Below are positions 1 through 10,572 of a stretch of DNA of 64,000 nucleotides, one piece after another. Origin of the DNA: Fibrobacterota bacterium (lineage in GTDB: Bacteria > Fibrobacterota > Fibrobacteria > UBA11236); contig JAEKLQ010000032.1 of NCBI GenBank assembly GCA_019509785.1, positions 11,229-75,228 of the forward strand, read 5' to 3'. The first letter of the stretch is position 1; every line of letters begins with the position of its first letter. Under the pieces are notes generated by a model. The model was not told where the DNA came from and searched no databases. It was given only the letters and a program-made list of their open reading frames with translations. A program made the position numbers and the translations under genes.

Positions 1-1278
1 GGCGCGCTCTGCAATGCCTATTTATGCCGCGACTCGGGAGCGGGCAACCGGGAAGTGGTCCTGAAGATCATGCATGCCCGCAAGGCCGCCGAATCCGGCC
101 TCGCGGACAGCTTCCTGTTCTTGGCCGCCTCGGTCGCCAAGTACGATCATAAAGGCATCGCCCGCATCCTGGAGACGGGACGCCACGAAGGCCAGCCCTA
201 TTACACCATGGAATGGGTGGGCGGCACGCCCCTGCGCCTTTGGCTCATGGAACGTTTAAGCTTCGATACCCGCGTGCTGCCGGGCCTGGGCCTCATCGCC
301 TCGCTCCTGGATACCTTCGAAACCATCCATGAACGCGGATGTTACGGCTGCGTCAAGCCCGAGAACGTCTTCATCACCCTGAACGGCCCGGTCATCATGG
401 ACTTCGGCGTGGTGGGTTTCCTGAGCCCGCAGGAGTTCGAATACAACTCCTATGCCCGCCGCTATCTGCCCTACATGGCGCCGGAGCTGCGGCAGGACTG
501 GGGCAACCTGCTCCCGCAAAGCGATTTCTATTCCATCGGCGCCTTGTTGTACGAGGTCCTGGCCGGCCGTTCCCCCGCTCCGCAATTGAAGTTGCCCAGC
601 GAACTCTCGCGCGCTTTCGGGATCGAGGCGGACGAAATCATCCTCAAGGCCATGGCCCCCCGGCCCCTCGATCGTTTCGCTACCGTCGAGGCGTTCCGCC
701 AAGCGGTGGTTTCCCTGCAGGCTTCCCTGCTGGCCCATCCCCAGGATAACGGTTCCATCCTCCCGGCCTCGGCGTCGCCGCAAGCCCATCCTTCCTTGGA
801 AATCACTTCCGATCCCACCTCCGTGCACAATCCGGACGAGGACTTCGAAGACCCGGGAACCGGCACCCTGCGGATGCCGGGAACCGGAACCATGCCGGCG
901 GGCGGAGACGAACCCTGGATGCGGGAAGCCTCGCGATCCACGGAAGGCCCCGTCTTTTCCGCCGCCGAGGCCGGGTCCCCATCGGCCAGGATGGAAGCCG
1001 GCGCCGAAGGCGGAATCCTGTCGTCTTTCGCCCAACTCGGCGATCGGTCCTTGGAGGACGCGCATTCCAAGCGGCGCTTCGCCCATGGCAAGGGGCCGTT
1101 AACGATTGCCGAACCCGAGGGGGACCCCGGCAAAGTCGCGTTAGGAGCCGGCGTCAAAGGGATGGGGCAGCCAGGGGACGATGCGTCTCCGGTGCCCGCA
1201 TGGCTCTGGGTCGTCATCGCCTTGGCCGGCTGCTGCCTGGTCATGCTCTCCGCGTATTTCGGTTTCCGCGGGCGCTGA
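1..1278 (+). CDS. Ser/Thr protein kinase-like protein, 5' partial (runs off window start). Predicted pseudokinase: the catalytic-loop HRD is replaced by YGC. C-terminal TM anchor.
   Basis: The reading frame is open from nt 1 (GALCNAYL...VVLKIM is VAIK-like). DFG (IMDFGVVG) and APE (YMAPELRQ) are present. The catalytic loop reads GCYGCVKPENVF where HRDLKPEN is expected. There is a C-terminal hydrophobic helix (AWLWVVIALAGCCLVMLSAYFGF). Stop TGA is at 1276-1278. Confidence 0.7.
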   Translation, partial: GALCNAYLCRDSGAGNREVVLKIMHARKAAESGLADSFLFLAASVAKYDHKGIARILETGRHEGQPYYTMEWVGGTPLRLWLMERLSFDTRVLPGLGLIASLLDTFETIHERGCYGCVKPENVFITLNGPVIMDFGVVGFLSPQEFEYNSYARRYLPYMAPELRQDWGNLLPQSDFYSIGALLYEVLAGRSPAPQLKLPSELSRAFGIEADEIILKAMAPRPLDRFATVEAFRQAVVSLQASLLAHPQDNGSILPASASPQAHPSLEITSDPTSVHNPDEDFEDPGTGTLRMPGTGTMPAGGDEPWMREASRSTEGPVFSAAEAGSPSARMEAGAEGGILSSFAQLGDRSLEDAHSKRRFAHGKGPLTIAEPEGDPGKVALGAGVKGMGQPGDDASPVPAWLWVVIALAGCCLVMLSAYFGFRGR

Positions 1279-1282
1279 GCGG

Positions 1283-1621
1283 ATGGAGATCCGCCTCGAC
1301 GGGATCGGCGCCATGGCCCATGGCGAAGCCCGAACCTTCGCCTTCGACCGCAACGGTCGCCCGGCGCAAGGCTTCCTCATCCGCCATGGAGAAGGATACT
1401 TCGCCTACCTCAACCAGTGCCGGCACTGGTACGTGCCTCTGGATCTCGGGGACGGGGATTTCTACCACCCCGCGGCCGACCGGATCATGTGCAAAACCCA
1501 CGGGGCGTCCTACCAAGTCGACACGGGCCTCTGCGACTACGGGCCCTGCGTCGGTGCTTCCCTGGATGCCTTTCCCGTTTCCGTACAGGGCGATCAGGCC
1601 CTGATCACCGTGCCCGGCTGA
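1283..1621 (+). CDS. small Rieske [2Fe-2S] domain protein
   Basis: The ATG at 1283 follows the kinase stop. The Rieske ligand motifs CRHWY...CKTHGA (CxH...CxxH) are present. The six-frame ORF 1181..1621 is trimmed to its internal Met. Confidence 0.65.
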   Translation: MEIRLDGIGAMAHGEARTFAFDRNGRPAQGFLIRHGEGYFAYLNQCRHWYVPLDLGDGDFYHPAADRIMCKTHGASYQVDTGLCDYGPCVGASLDAFPVSVQGDQALITVPG

Positions 1622-1694
1622 ACTTCGCTGTCGCGTCCGCGCACGCAAAGTTTTAACTTTTCCGCAACCCAAAAACGAACCCGGAGGGGAATCC

Positions 1695-2624
1695 ATGTTT
1701 ATACCCGCATTCAATAGCTCCGCCATGCTGCAACGCAAACAGGAAATGCCGGTCATCAACGCCGACAAGCCGGGAAATCCGCTTTCGCACCCGGCCCCCA
1801 AGGCCCCGCGCATCTTCGCCGACACCGCCACCTGGTCGGAAATCGAACCCTTGTTCAAGGCCGGCATCATCAACGGCCTCACCACCAATCCCAGCCTGCT
1901 CAAGAAGGCGGGTGCCAAATCCTGGGGGAACGCCAAGGAGATCATGAAGGATCTCTGCGCCAAGTTGAAGCCGTATCCCGTCTCCCTCGAACTCACCGAG
2001 TTGGACGAGGAGAAGATGGTGAAACAGGCGGAAGAGCTTTCCGCCTTGGGGGAAAACTCCGTGATCAAGGTACCGGTGGGCGGCTATCGCGCCGTGAACG
2101 CTTCCGCCGATCCCTTCACCGGCCTCAAGGTCATCCGCCGCTTGTGGGAGCGCGGCATCAAGGTGAATACCACCCTCGTCTTCAACACCACCCAGGCCTT
2201 CTGGGCGGCCAATGCGGGCGCGACCTACGTGAGCCCGTTCCTGGGCCGCCTCGCGGATTACGCCTATAAGAATGATGCGCATGAACGCACCCCGGGCAAT
2301 TCCCTCTATTGGGTCGAGGATCACAAGAACGCCAAAGGCGATCAGCATATGTCCAATACCGAATACGTGGCTTCGGCCGGACCGGCCAAGGACGCGGGCG
2401 CGCGGCTCATCTTCGAGATCGCGACCGTGTTCGCCAATTACCGCATCAAGACCGAGATCCTGGCCGCCAGCTTCCGCAACCAAGTGCAATTGACGGAATG
2501 CCTGCTGGCCGGCGCCGATATCCTCACCGTGCCCGCCGCGATCCTGTCCACCGTCGCGGATCATCCCCTGAGCGATGAGGGCATGAAGGCATTCTCGGAA
2601 GATCAGAAGGCCTTCGGCATGTAA
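1695..2624 (+). CDS. tal: transaldolase / fructose-6-phosphate aldolase family protein
   Basis: The motifs IFADTA, GLTTNPSLL and SPFLGRLAD are characteristic of the Tal/FSA family. A GGAGGGG RBS lies before the ATG. Confidence 0.7.
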   Translation: MFIPAFNSSAMLQRKQEMPVINADKPGNPLSHPAPKAPRIFADTATWSEIEPLFKAGIINGLTTNPSLLKKAGAKSWGNAKEIMKDLCAKLKPYPVSLELTELDEEKMVKQAEELSALGENSVIKVPVGGYRAVNASADPFTGLKVIRRLWERGIKVNTTLVFNTTQAFWAANAGATYVSPFLGRLADYAYKNDAHERTPGNSLYWVEDHKNAKGDQHMSNTEYVASAGPAKDAGARLIFEIATVFANYRIKTEILAASFRNQVQLTECLLAGADILTVPAAILSTVADHPLSDEGMKAFSEDQKAFGM

Positions 2625-2630
2625 TGCCGA

Positions 2631-2990
2631 TCAGAGCCCTTTGACGGCTATCCAACCCCAGGCGAAAAGGAAGGACAAGCCGCCGAAAGGGGTAATCGCC
2701 CCCAAGGGTCGGAAGCCCGTCAGGGCCAGAGCGTACAGGCTACCGGAGAAGAGGATAATGCCCACTACGAAGCCGATGGCCGGCGCGGTAATCGGGGCGG
2801 GCGAAGCGGCGGCCCGTGCATACAGCGCGAGGGCCAGCAGGGCCAGGGCGTGTATCAAGTGGTAGAGCACGCCCGTATGCCAGACCTCGAGCATATCGGC
2901 GGAGAGGCGGGACTTCAAGGCATGGGCCCCGAAGGCCCCGAGGGCCACCCCCAGGAATCCCAGCGCCGCCGCGATGCGGATCCAAAGCAT
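2631..2990 (-). CDS. DUF423-type small membrane protein (YgdD-like)
   Basis: It is 119 aa with four hydrophobic helices. The GxxGAHxL N-terminus is typical of the DUF423 family. Confidence 0.55.
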   Translation of the reverse strand: MLWIRIAAALGFLGVALGAFGAHALKSRLSADMLEVWHTGVLYHLIHALALLALALYARAAASPAPITAPAIGFVVGIILFSGSLYALALTGFRPLGAITPFGGLSFLFAWGWIAVKGL

Positions 2991-3139
2991 GGGCTAAAGG
3001 TACTTCCACGCGGGGCTCCGTTCCAGGACCTCGAAGTCGCTTTCTCCCTTTTTCGCGGGAGGACCGCGGACTATATTTCCCCGGGATCCCCGCGCCATTC
3101 CCGCGCGGGTGGATAAGTCCTCCAACTCCGAGGTTACGC

Positions 3140-5095
3140 ATGTCCGCCAATATCGACAGCGTCCTGAACGAAACCCGCAAGTTCCCGGCCCCGGAAGGCT
3201 TCCGGAAGCAGGCCGCGATTTCCTCCTGGGAGGAATACCGGGCCATGTACGATGAGTCGGTAAAGGACCCGGAGAAATTCTGGGCCGGCGTCGCGGGGCA
3301 ATTGCATTGGTTCAAGAAATGGGACCGGGTGCGCAATTGGGACAACGCCCCGTTCGCGAAATGGTTCGAGGGCGGCAAGACCAACCTCTCGTATAACTGC
3401 CTGGACAAGCACCTGGCGAAGCACCGCAACAAGGCCGCCATCCTGTGGGAAGGCGAGCCGACGGGCGAGCGTAAGGTGCTCACCTATGGCGAACTCCACC
3501 GCCAGGTTTGCAAGTTCGCCAACGTCCTAAAGGCCCGCGGGATCAAGAAGGGCGACACCATCGCCCTGTACATGCCCATGGTGCCCGAACTGGCCATCGC
3601 CATGCTGGCCTGCGCCCGCATCGGCGCGGTCCATTCCATCATCTTCGGCGGCTTCTCGGCGCCTGCCATCTCGGATCGCGTGAACGATGCGCAATCGAAA
3701 ATGGTCATCACCGCCGATGGCGGCTATCGCCGCGGGAACGTGCTGCGCCTGAAGGACACGGTCGACGAAGCGCTCAAGACCTGCCCTTCGGTGCATAGCT
3801 GCGTGGTGGTGAGCCGCGCCAAGACGCAGATCCAAATGCAAACCGGGCGCGATTTCTGGTGGCACGATCTGATGGGACAAGCCGATGCCGATTGCCCGGC
3901 CGAAGAGCTGGATTCGGAGCATCCGCTGTACATCCTGTACACCTCGGGAAGCACCGGGAAGCCCAAGGGCATCTTGCACACCACCGGCGGCTACATGGTG
4001 GGAACCTATCTCACCACCAAGTACGTCTTCGACCTAAAGGAAGCGGACACCTATTGGTGCACGGCCGACATCGGTTGGGTCACCGGGCATAGCTACGTCG
4101 TCTATGGCCCGCTCAATACCGGCGCCACCGTGCTCATGTACGAGGGCGCGCCCAACGCTCCCGCCAACGACCGCTTCTGGCAAATCATCGAACGCTACCG
4201 CGTCACCATCTTCTACACCGCGCCCACCGCCATCCGTTCCTTCATGAAATGGGGCGACGACCTGCCCGCCAAATACGACTTGTCATCCTTAAGGCTGCTC
4301 GGTTCGGTGGGCGAACCCATCAATCCGGAAGCCTGGATGTGGTACCACGAGGTCATCGGCGGCAAGCGTTGCCCCATCGTGGATACCTGGTGGCAGACGG
4401 AAACCGGCGCCATCATGATCACGCCCTTGCCCGGCATCACCGCGACCAAACCAGGCTCGGCCACCTTCCCCTTCTTCGGGGTGGACGTCGCCGTGGTCAA
4501 TGACAAGGGCGAAGAGCTAGGCCCGAATCAGGGCGGCTTCCTGGTCATCCGCCAACCCTGGCCCTCCATGCTGCGAACCTTGTACGGCGCCGACGATCGT
4601 TATAAGGAAGTCTACTGGAACCGGTTCGCCAAGCAAGGTTGGTACCTGGCCGGAGACGGCGCGGTCAAGGACGCCGAGGGCTACATCTGGATCCTGGGCC
4701 GCATCGACGACGTGCTGAACGTGTCGGGCCATCGCTTGTCGACCATGGAAGTGGAAAGCGCCCTGGTGGCGCATGCCACGGTCGTGGAAGCCGCCGTGGT
4801 AGGCTTCAAGCATGATATGAAGGGCGAAGGCGTGGCCGCCTTCGTGATCCTGGGCCAAGGCGCGGAGAAGAGCAAGGCGACCAGCGATGCCTTGAAAGCC
4901 CACGTCCGCAACATGATCGGGCCCTTGGCCATGCCCGATCAGATCCATTTCACCGATGCGCTTCCGAAAACCCGTTCGGGCAAGATCATGCGGCGCCTGC
5001 TGCGCGACGTGGCCAACGGCGTGGATACCAAGGGGGACATGACCACCTTGGAAGATCTCACCGTGCTCGCCAAGCTGCGGCAGGACGAGGACTGA
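3140..5095 (+). CDS. acs: acetyl-CoA synthetase (AMP-forming)
   Basis: The N-terminus FPAPEGF...[19 protein letters not shown] and the motifs [18 protein letters not shown] and [10 protein letters not shown] match canonical Acs. The start was trimmed from the six-frame ORF 2816 to the ATG at 3140. Confidence 0.9.
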   Translation: MSANIDSVLNETRKFPAPEGFRKQAAISSWEEYRAMYDESVKDPEKFWAGVAGQLHWFKKWDRVRNWDNAPFAKWFEGGKTNLSYNCLDKHLAKHRNKAAILWEGEPTGERKVLTYGELHRQVCKFANVLKARGIKKGDTIALYMPMVPELAIAMLACARIGAVHSIIFGGFSAPAISDRVNDAQSKMVITADGGYRRGNVLRLKDTVDEALKTCPSVHSCVVVSRAKTQIQMQTGRDFWWHDLMGQADADCPAEELDSEHPLYILYTSGSTGKPKGILHTTGGYMVGTYLTTKYVFDLKEADTYWCTADIGWVTGHSYVVYGPLNTGATVLMYEGAPNAPANDRFWQIIERYRVTIFYTAPTAIRSFMKWGDDLPAKYDLSSLRLLGSVGEPINPEAWMWYHEVIGGKRCPIVDTWWQTETGAIMITPLPGITATKPGSATFPFFGVDVAVVNDKGEELGPNQGGFLVIRQPWPSMLRTLYGADDRYKEVYWNRFAKQGWYLAGDGAVKDAEGYIWILGRIDDVLNVSGHRLSTMEVESALVAHATVVEAAVVGFKHDMKGEGVAAFVILGQGAEKSKATSDALKAHVRNMIGPLAMPDQIHFTDALPKTRSGKIMRRLLRDVANGVDTKGDMTTLEDLTVLAKLRQDED

Positions 5096-5108
5096 GGGTC
5101 GGAGCGCC

Positions 5109-7094
5109 CTATTTGCCCTTGGCGATCGGCAATATCGCCTGCAGGGCGGCTTGCCGGGTTTTCTGATCAGGATCCCCCGCCATGGCCTTGGCGAATTCGC
5201 GGAACCGGTTGGCGAGCAGGCTGGTAGGGGCGCCCGGATAGCGCGCCGTCGCGTCCCCATTGCATATCGCCGAGGTACCCGCTTCTACGCAGGCCAGATT
5301 GCCCGCGCTAGCGGTCGGAGGGCATGGGTGCGCGGAATCGGGCACGCAACGGGCTTCCGCGACGGACGCAGGCGGAAGGAATCCGGATTTTCCGTTCCAC
5401 ACGTTCCAAAGCACGTTATCCTGGAAATGGTTAAGCGGCGCTCCGGTGGCGCCCGCGATCCCTACGGTTCCGCCCGCAGGGATAGGCCCGCGGCCATCCC
5501 GCAAGGGCGCCAGGCGGTTCGCGTAAAGCACATTGCCTACGATGGCGTGCCCCCGGCCCCTACGGATGCAGATCCCCAAGTCCGCCTCGGCGATGAAGTT
5601 GCCTTCCGCGATAATCCCGGAAGCGTTTTCGTCCAGGAACAATCCGTAAGCCTGGGTGGATGCGCCCGCGGTTCCCGCCGCGCTTCCCGGCGCGGATAGG
5701 ATCAGGTTTCCCCGCACCTCCGAGCCTTCCGTGCCCCACGGACCCTGCGCCGGCCCGGCGTGGATGGCCCCCGCTTCGTCCAAATGCAGGCAGGTCATGC
5801 GCAGCGAATTCCCCTCGACCATGTCCCTTTTGCCTAGGAACCGGATCCCGTCGCAAGCCGTGGAATCGATGCGGTTATCGCCGATGTGATCGCCGTCGCC
5901 CAAGGCGCGGATTCCGATACCCATTTCCCCGTCGTCGTCGGGGCCCGAGCGTCCCAGGTTCGCGAACAACCCGATGCGGGCGATGCGATTGCCGAGGATG
6001 CGGGCCCCCGTCTCCGCGGTTTGCAGAGGATTCAAATCCGGATCGGGCTGCGCCGAGATGCCGGCCAGCAATGCCCCTTCGATGAGGTTGCCGGTCGCCG
6101 CGAACCCGCTCCCGCGGAAATCGATCCCCGTCAGGATGGCATTGCGGATGCCGCAGGAATCGATCTCGACGTGGACGCAATCGTAAAAGTAGAGGGCGGC
6201 GGAGACCTGGGATTCGAAGTCGATGCCGGCGATGCGGACGTTCGCGATTCCCGATCCCTTGATGCCGTAGCCGGCATTGGCGATGCGCAGGGAATGGGCC
6301 GCCGGAGCGTCATCGGGCGCGAGCGCTAGGCGAAGGCGATGCCCGTCGCGGGGAAGCGGGGACTCCTCCGGGTAACAGTACCAGGATCCGGGTTGATCGA
6401 GCCCTTCGGGCGTATCGGTGAAAAAGGCTCCCGCGTTCGGGGCGGGATCCTTGGGTAGAGCCTCGTCCCAGGTGAGCCGGCCCGTCGCCGAATCGAAGCC
6501 GCGCACGGTCCGGTTCGACAGGATGCGGCGGAGCGCGCGGACCCGCAGGTTAGTCCCCGCGAAGGCATGGGGATGCCCGGCCAATGCCAACGGGTCGAGA
6601 ACCAGGGATTCGGAATCCGCGCCGGCGATCTTGATGAACCCGGAGGCCGGGAAGCGCGCCAAGGGGACCACGCGATTGTCCTTGATCAGGGCGAAGGGCT
6701 GGCCGTCCGTTTCCGGCGGGATGTCGGTGGCGTAAACCCAGGCCGTTGGCCCTTGCGATACCAAGGTCCAGTTCGAAACGGGCAGGCCGCCATCGATGAT
6801 GGGCGGCAATCCGTCCCCATACGCGGAAAATGACATCGGATCACGAAGGGACCCTGAGCCTTGGGCCAGTATCGATCCCGGGAACCGATCTCCGCGGCGA
6901 AGCAAAAAAGAGGCGCCCGGCAATTGGGGAAGGGCGTTCAGTCGATCCAAGGTGCGGCAAGGGGCTGAGAGGGATTGGCAATCCGAAGCGTCGTTCCCGT
7001 TGGCGGCGAAGTAATAGGTGGCGCCAGCGCGCGCGGAAACGGCGGCGCAGGCAAGGGCCGCCAGGATCGGGCGAATGACGGAGCGAAAGGGCAT
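5109..7094 (-). CDS. secreted right-handed parallel beta-helix repeat protein (pectate-lyase fold)
   Basis: The signal peptide is MPFRSVIRPILAALACAAVSARA. The body has repetitive G/N/I-rich beta-helix-like segments (GNRIARIG, GNLIEGALLAGI, GNVLYANR). Confidence 0.55.
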   Translation of the reverse strand: MPFRSVIRPILAALACAAVSARAGATYYFAANGNDASDCQSLSAPCRTLDRLNALPQLPGASFLLRRGDRFPGSILAQGSGSLRDPMSFSAYGDGLPPIIDGGLPVSNWTLVSQGPTAWVYATDIPPETDGQPFALIKDNRVVPLARFPASGFIKIAGADSESLVLDPLALAGHPHAFAGTNLRVRALRRILSNRTVRGFDSATGRLTWDEALPKDPAPNAGAFFTDTPEGLDQPGSWYCYPEESPLPRDGHRLRLALAPDDAPAAHSLRIANAGYGIKGSGIANVRIAGIDFESQVSAALYFYDCVHVEIDSCGIRNAILTGIDFRGSGFAATGNLIEGALLAGISAQPDPDLNPLQTAETGARILGNRIARIGLFANLGRSGPDDDGEMGIGIRALGDGDHIGDNRIDSTACDGIRFLGKRDMVEGNSLRMTCLHLDEAGAIHAGPAQGPWGTEGSEVRGNLILSAPGSAAGTAGASTQAYGLFLDENASGIIAEGNFIAEADLGICIRRGRGHAIVGNVLYANRLAPLRDGRGPIPAGGTVGIAGATGAPLNHFQDNVLWNVWNGKSGFLPPASVAEARCVPDSAHPCPPTASAGNLACVEAGTSAICNGDATARYPGAPTSLLANRFREFAKAMAGDPDQKTRQAALQAILPIAKGK

Positions 7095-7251
7095 AGGTCG
7101 ACTTATAGGACGTATGGGCGAGTCAAAGTGTAGCACCGGGCGGGGCGGGACATGCAGAGAACATACTCATTTGGGCGGGGATCCCGCCAATAACGGACCA
7201 GAAGTATTACTTTTTGCGCGCCCGCCGAATACCAGCCTTGCGGGCGGAAAG

Positions 7252-8139
7252 ATGTCCACCATGGTACCTACTTCATCTACCACCCCTTTGCGGTCTTTGG
7301 CCCTCCTGATCGCCGGCATCGCATACTGCGTCCATGCCCAAGCGCCGACGGAATCAGCCGACAGCACGAAAAATGGTTGGAAGAGGCAATTCAACGGCAT
7401 GCTCAACCTGTCCCAGGCTTATTACGACAATTGGGCCAAGGGCGGCACCGACGCCTTGACGTATGAAGTGAATTTGGGCGGAGAAGCCACCTACGACCAG
7501 GACAAATATCAATGGGACACCAAGGGCAAGGCCGTCTACGGACGCACCAAGGTCGGCTCCTTGGCTTCCAGGAAATCCTCGGACGAATTGAACCTGGAAT
7601 CCATCTATACCTATAAGCTCGCGGTGATGGTGAATCCCTTCGCCTCCCTCACGGCCCAGTCCCAATTCACCCCGGGGTATGAATATTCCGGCGATACCTC
7701 CCGCACGGAAATCTCCTATGCCTTCGATCCGACCTATTTCACGGAAACGGTCGGCTTGGGAGTGACCCCGTTCAAGGGTTTCAAGGAACGCCTGGGCGCT
7801 TCCATGAAGCAGACCATGTCCTCGCGGGAATTCAAATTCGCCGATGATCCCGAAACCGACGGGATCGAATCCTTTAAGCAAGAGTATGGCGTTACGTCGA
7901 TCACGGAATACGAAGCGGACCTGATGCAGAACATCAAGGGAACCACCCGGCTGGAAATCTTCGCGAACTTCAAGGGTTGGGACGAAATCGATGCGCGCTG
8001 GGCCAATCAGATCACAGCGAAAGTGAACTCGCTGATCAGCGTCAACTTCGAATACGAACTTCTCTACGATAAGGATTTGAGCAAAAGCCGCCAGACCCGC
8101 GAAGGCCTGGGCGTTGGCATTTCCTTCCTGAAAATTTAG
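7252..8139 (+). CDS. outer-membrane beta-barrel protein, DUF3078-like
   Basis: The signal peptide is MSTMVPTSSTTPLRSLALLIAGIAYCVHAQA. The LSQAYYDNWAKGG motif and alternating beta-strand pattern are present, and the protein ends in F (ISFLKI). Confidence 0.5.
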   Translation: MSTMVPTSSTTPLRSLALLIAGIAYCVHAQAPTESADSTKNGWKRQFNGMLNLSQAYYDNWAKGGTDALTYEVNLGGEATYDQDKYQWDTKGKAVYGRTKVGSLASRKSSDELNLESIYTYKLAVMVNPFASLTAQSQFTPGYEYSGDTSRTEISYAFDPTYFTETVGLGVTPFKGFKERLGASMKQTMSSREFKFADDPETDGIESFKQEYGVTSITEYEADLMQNIKGTTRLEIFANFKGWDEIDARWANQITAKVNSLISVNFEYELLYDKDLSKSRQTREGLGVGISFLKI

Positions 8140-8184
8140 CCTTCATCGGCCCGGCCTCAAGGCCGGGCAACCCGGGAGCCGACC

Positions 8185-10497
8185 ATGGCTGGAACGCATA
8201 AATGGACTTTTTTCCGGGCGGGTGGCTTCGATCAGGTCAAGCTCACCACCGGAGCCGATTTGAGGAACCTCGATCAGCTCGATCAGAAGCTATGGGTGGC
8301 CTTGGCGTGCCCCACGCGCGGCTTGGAGATAGAGTCGCGCACCCTGGAGTTGATCGACACGGACGGGAACGGCCGGGTGCGCGCGCCGGAACTGATCGCG
8401 GCGGCCCGTTACGCCACGGACAACCTGAAGCGCCCCGATGATTTGTTCAAAGGCGAGGACGGCTTGCCCCTCGAGGCCATCAATGACTCCACCCCGGAGG
8501 GCCGCACCTTGGCTTCTTCGGCCCGGCAAATCCTGCGCAATATCGGGAAGGCGGACGCGGCGGCGGTTACGGTAGCCGACGTATCCGACAAAACCCGTCT
8601 CTTCGCCGGAACCCCGTTCAATGGCGACGGAGTCATCACCGAACTTTCCGCCCCGGACGAATCGGGCAAGGCCATCGTCCGCGAGATCATGGATTGCGTC
8701 GGCAGCGTTCCGGATCTTTCCGGGCAGCCGGGCATCGGCAAGGATCAGATCGAGGCTTTCTTCGCGGAGGCGCGGGCCTACGCGGCTTGGCTGGCCGAAG
8801 CCGAGACCGGGCCGGGCACCGCGAAGGTTTTCCCGCTGGGCAAGGACGCCACCATCGCGGCGGTCGCGGCGATGGAAGCCGTGCGGGCGAAGTGCGACGA
8901 TTATTTCGCGCGTTGCCGCCTGGCCGCGTACGATCCGCGCGCCGAACAGGCCCTCAATCGCCGCGAAGAAGAGTACCTGGATTTCGCCGCGAAGGATCTG
9001 ACGTTGACCGCATCCGAAGTGGCCGGCTTCCCGCTGGCCCACGTGACCGCCGGCCGGCCCCTTCCCTTGACGGGCCCGGTCAATCCGGCCCATGTCGATG
9101 CCCTGAAACGTTTCGCAGAAGCTACGGTCGCCCCGGCCATCGGGGCGCGCAAAGAGCTCTCCGAAGGCGATTGGCTTTCCCTGCAGGACCGCTTCGCGCC
9201 CTATAAGGAATGGGATGCGGGAAAGGCGGGCCGCAAGGTGGAAAAGCTGGGCGAAGCCCGTATCCGGGCCTTGTTGGCATCGGGCGCGCAAGCCACCGTC
9301 GAGTCCCTGCTGGCCCAGGACGAGAATCTCAAGGCGGAGACCGCCGGCATCGAGCAGGTCGAACGCTTGGCGAGGTACTACCGCGATCTCGCCTTGCTCT
9401 GCATCAACTTCGTGAGCTTCAAGGATTTCTACGACGGCCAGGATCCCGCCATCTTCCAGGTCGGCACCTTGTTTCTCGATCAACGCGCTTGCCGGTTATG
9501 CCTGCGCGTGGAGGACCCGGCCAAGCACGCGCTGATGGCCGGATTGGCGGGGGCCTACCTCGCCTATTGCGATTGCGTTCGGAGCGTCACCGGGGAGAAG
9601 ATGCAAATCGTGGCGGCCTTCACGGCCGGCGACGGCGACAACCTGATGGTGGGCCGCAACGGCCTGTTCTACGATCGCAAAGGCCAGGATTGGGACGCCA
9701 CCATCGTGAAGATCGTGGACAATCCCATCAGCATCCGCCAGGCCTTCTGGTCCCCGTACAAGAAATTCCTCCGCTATCTGGAGGAACAGGTCAACAAGCG
9801 CGCCGCCGCCGCGGATGCCGAAGCGCATGCCAAGCTGGCCACGGCCGCGGTGGTCGCCGTCAATCCGGATGCGACGAAACCGCCTCCCCCTCCGCCGCCC
9901 GAGCCGAAGAAGATGGACGTGGGTACGGTGGCCGCCATCGGCGTAGCCGCCGGCGCCATCGGCACCTTCGCGACCGCCCTCGTCGGCCATGCCCTGGGCA
10001 TCTTCCAGATGGGAATCCTAGCCACCCTGGGCGCCCTCATCGGCTTGATGCTCCTGATTTCCCTTCCCTCGGTGGTGATGGCCTACATGAAGCTGCGCAA
10101 GCGCAACCTCGGCCCCATCCTGGATTCGAACGGATGGGCGGTGAATTCCAAGGCCAAAATCAACGTTCCCTTCGGCGCCACCCTGAGCAGCATCGCCAAA
10201 CTCCCGCCGGGGGCGCGCCGCGACTTCAGCGATCCCTACGCGGAAAAAGCCTTCCCGTGGAAACTCGTGGCGACCGTCCTGCTCCTCATTTATTGCGCCT
10301 TCCATTGGTACGTGGGAGGATTCGATACCGTGCTCCCCGGCATGGCCCGGTCCACCGCGGTGCTCGGCAAATGGGCGCCCAAGCAGACCTCCGTCCCGAA
10401 TGGCGCGACCCCGGGAGCGGCCGCATCATCTCCCACGCCTGCGCCACCCCCGCCGCCCGCGGTCCCAACACCGGCGCCGGCCCCAGCGGCGCCGTAA
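8185..10497 (+). CDS. large hypothetical membrane-anchored protein with N-terminal EF-hand Ca-binding loop, polyproline tracts and C-terminal TM helices
   Basis: The EF-hand loop is IDTDGNGRVRAPEL (DxDxNGxxxxxE). There are PPPPPPPEP and PTPAPPPPPAVPTPAPAPAAP tracts. Two to three strongly hydrophobic helices lie near residue 600-720. Confidence 0.6.
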   Translation: MAGTHKWTFFRAGGFDQVKLTTGADLRNLDQLDQKLWVALACPTRGLEIESRTLELIDTDGNGRVRAPELIAAARYATDNLKRPDDLFKGEDGLPLEAINDSTPEGRTLASSARQILRNIGKADAAAVTVADVSDKTRLFAGTPFNGDGVITELSAPDESGKAIVREIMDCVGSVPDLSGQPGIGKDQIEAFFAEARAYAAWLAEAETGPGTAKVFPLGKDATIAAVAAMEAVRAKCDDYFARCRLAAYDPRAEQALNRREEEYLDFAAKDLTLTASEVAGFPLAHVTAGRPLPLTGPVNPAHVDALKRFAEATVAPAIGARKELSEGDWLSLQDRFAPYKEWDAGKAGRKVEKLGEARIRALLASGAQATVESLLAQDENLKAETAGIEQVERLARYYRDLALLCINFVSFKDFYDGQDPAIFQVGTLFLDQRACRLCLRVEDPAKHALMAGLAGAYLAYCDCVRSVTGEKMQIVAAFTAGDGDNLMVGRNGLFYDRKGQDWDATIVKIVDNPISIRQAFWSPYKKFLRYLEEQVNKRAAAADAEAHAKLATAAVVAVNPDATKPPPPPPPEPKKMDVGTVAAIGVAAGAIGTFATALVGHALGIFQMGILATLGALIGLMLLISLPSVVMAYMKLRKRNLGPILDSNGWAVNSKAKINVPFGATLSSIAKLPPGARRDFSDPYAEKAFPWKLVATVLLLIYCAFHWYVGGFDTVLPGMARSTAVLGKWAPKQTSVPNGATPGAAASSPTPAPPPPPAVPTPAPAPAAP

Positions 10498-10572
10498 CGC
10501 GCCGGCCGCTGTTGGAACCGCCCGCATGGCGCTACCTTTCCCCATGCACGATATGCCGAAGGGGCGCCTGCA

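Noticed and set aside
2816-3139. Upstream extension of acs (six-frame start 2816)
   Set aside because: It overlaps the divergent DUF423 gene and is Arg/Pro-rich. The conserved Acs N-terminus begins at the ATG at 3140.
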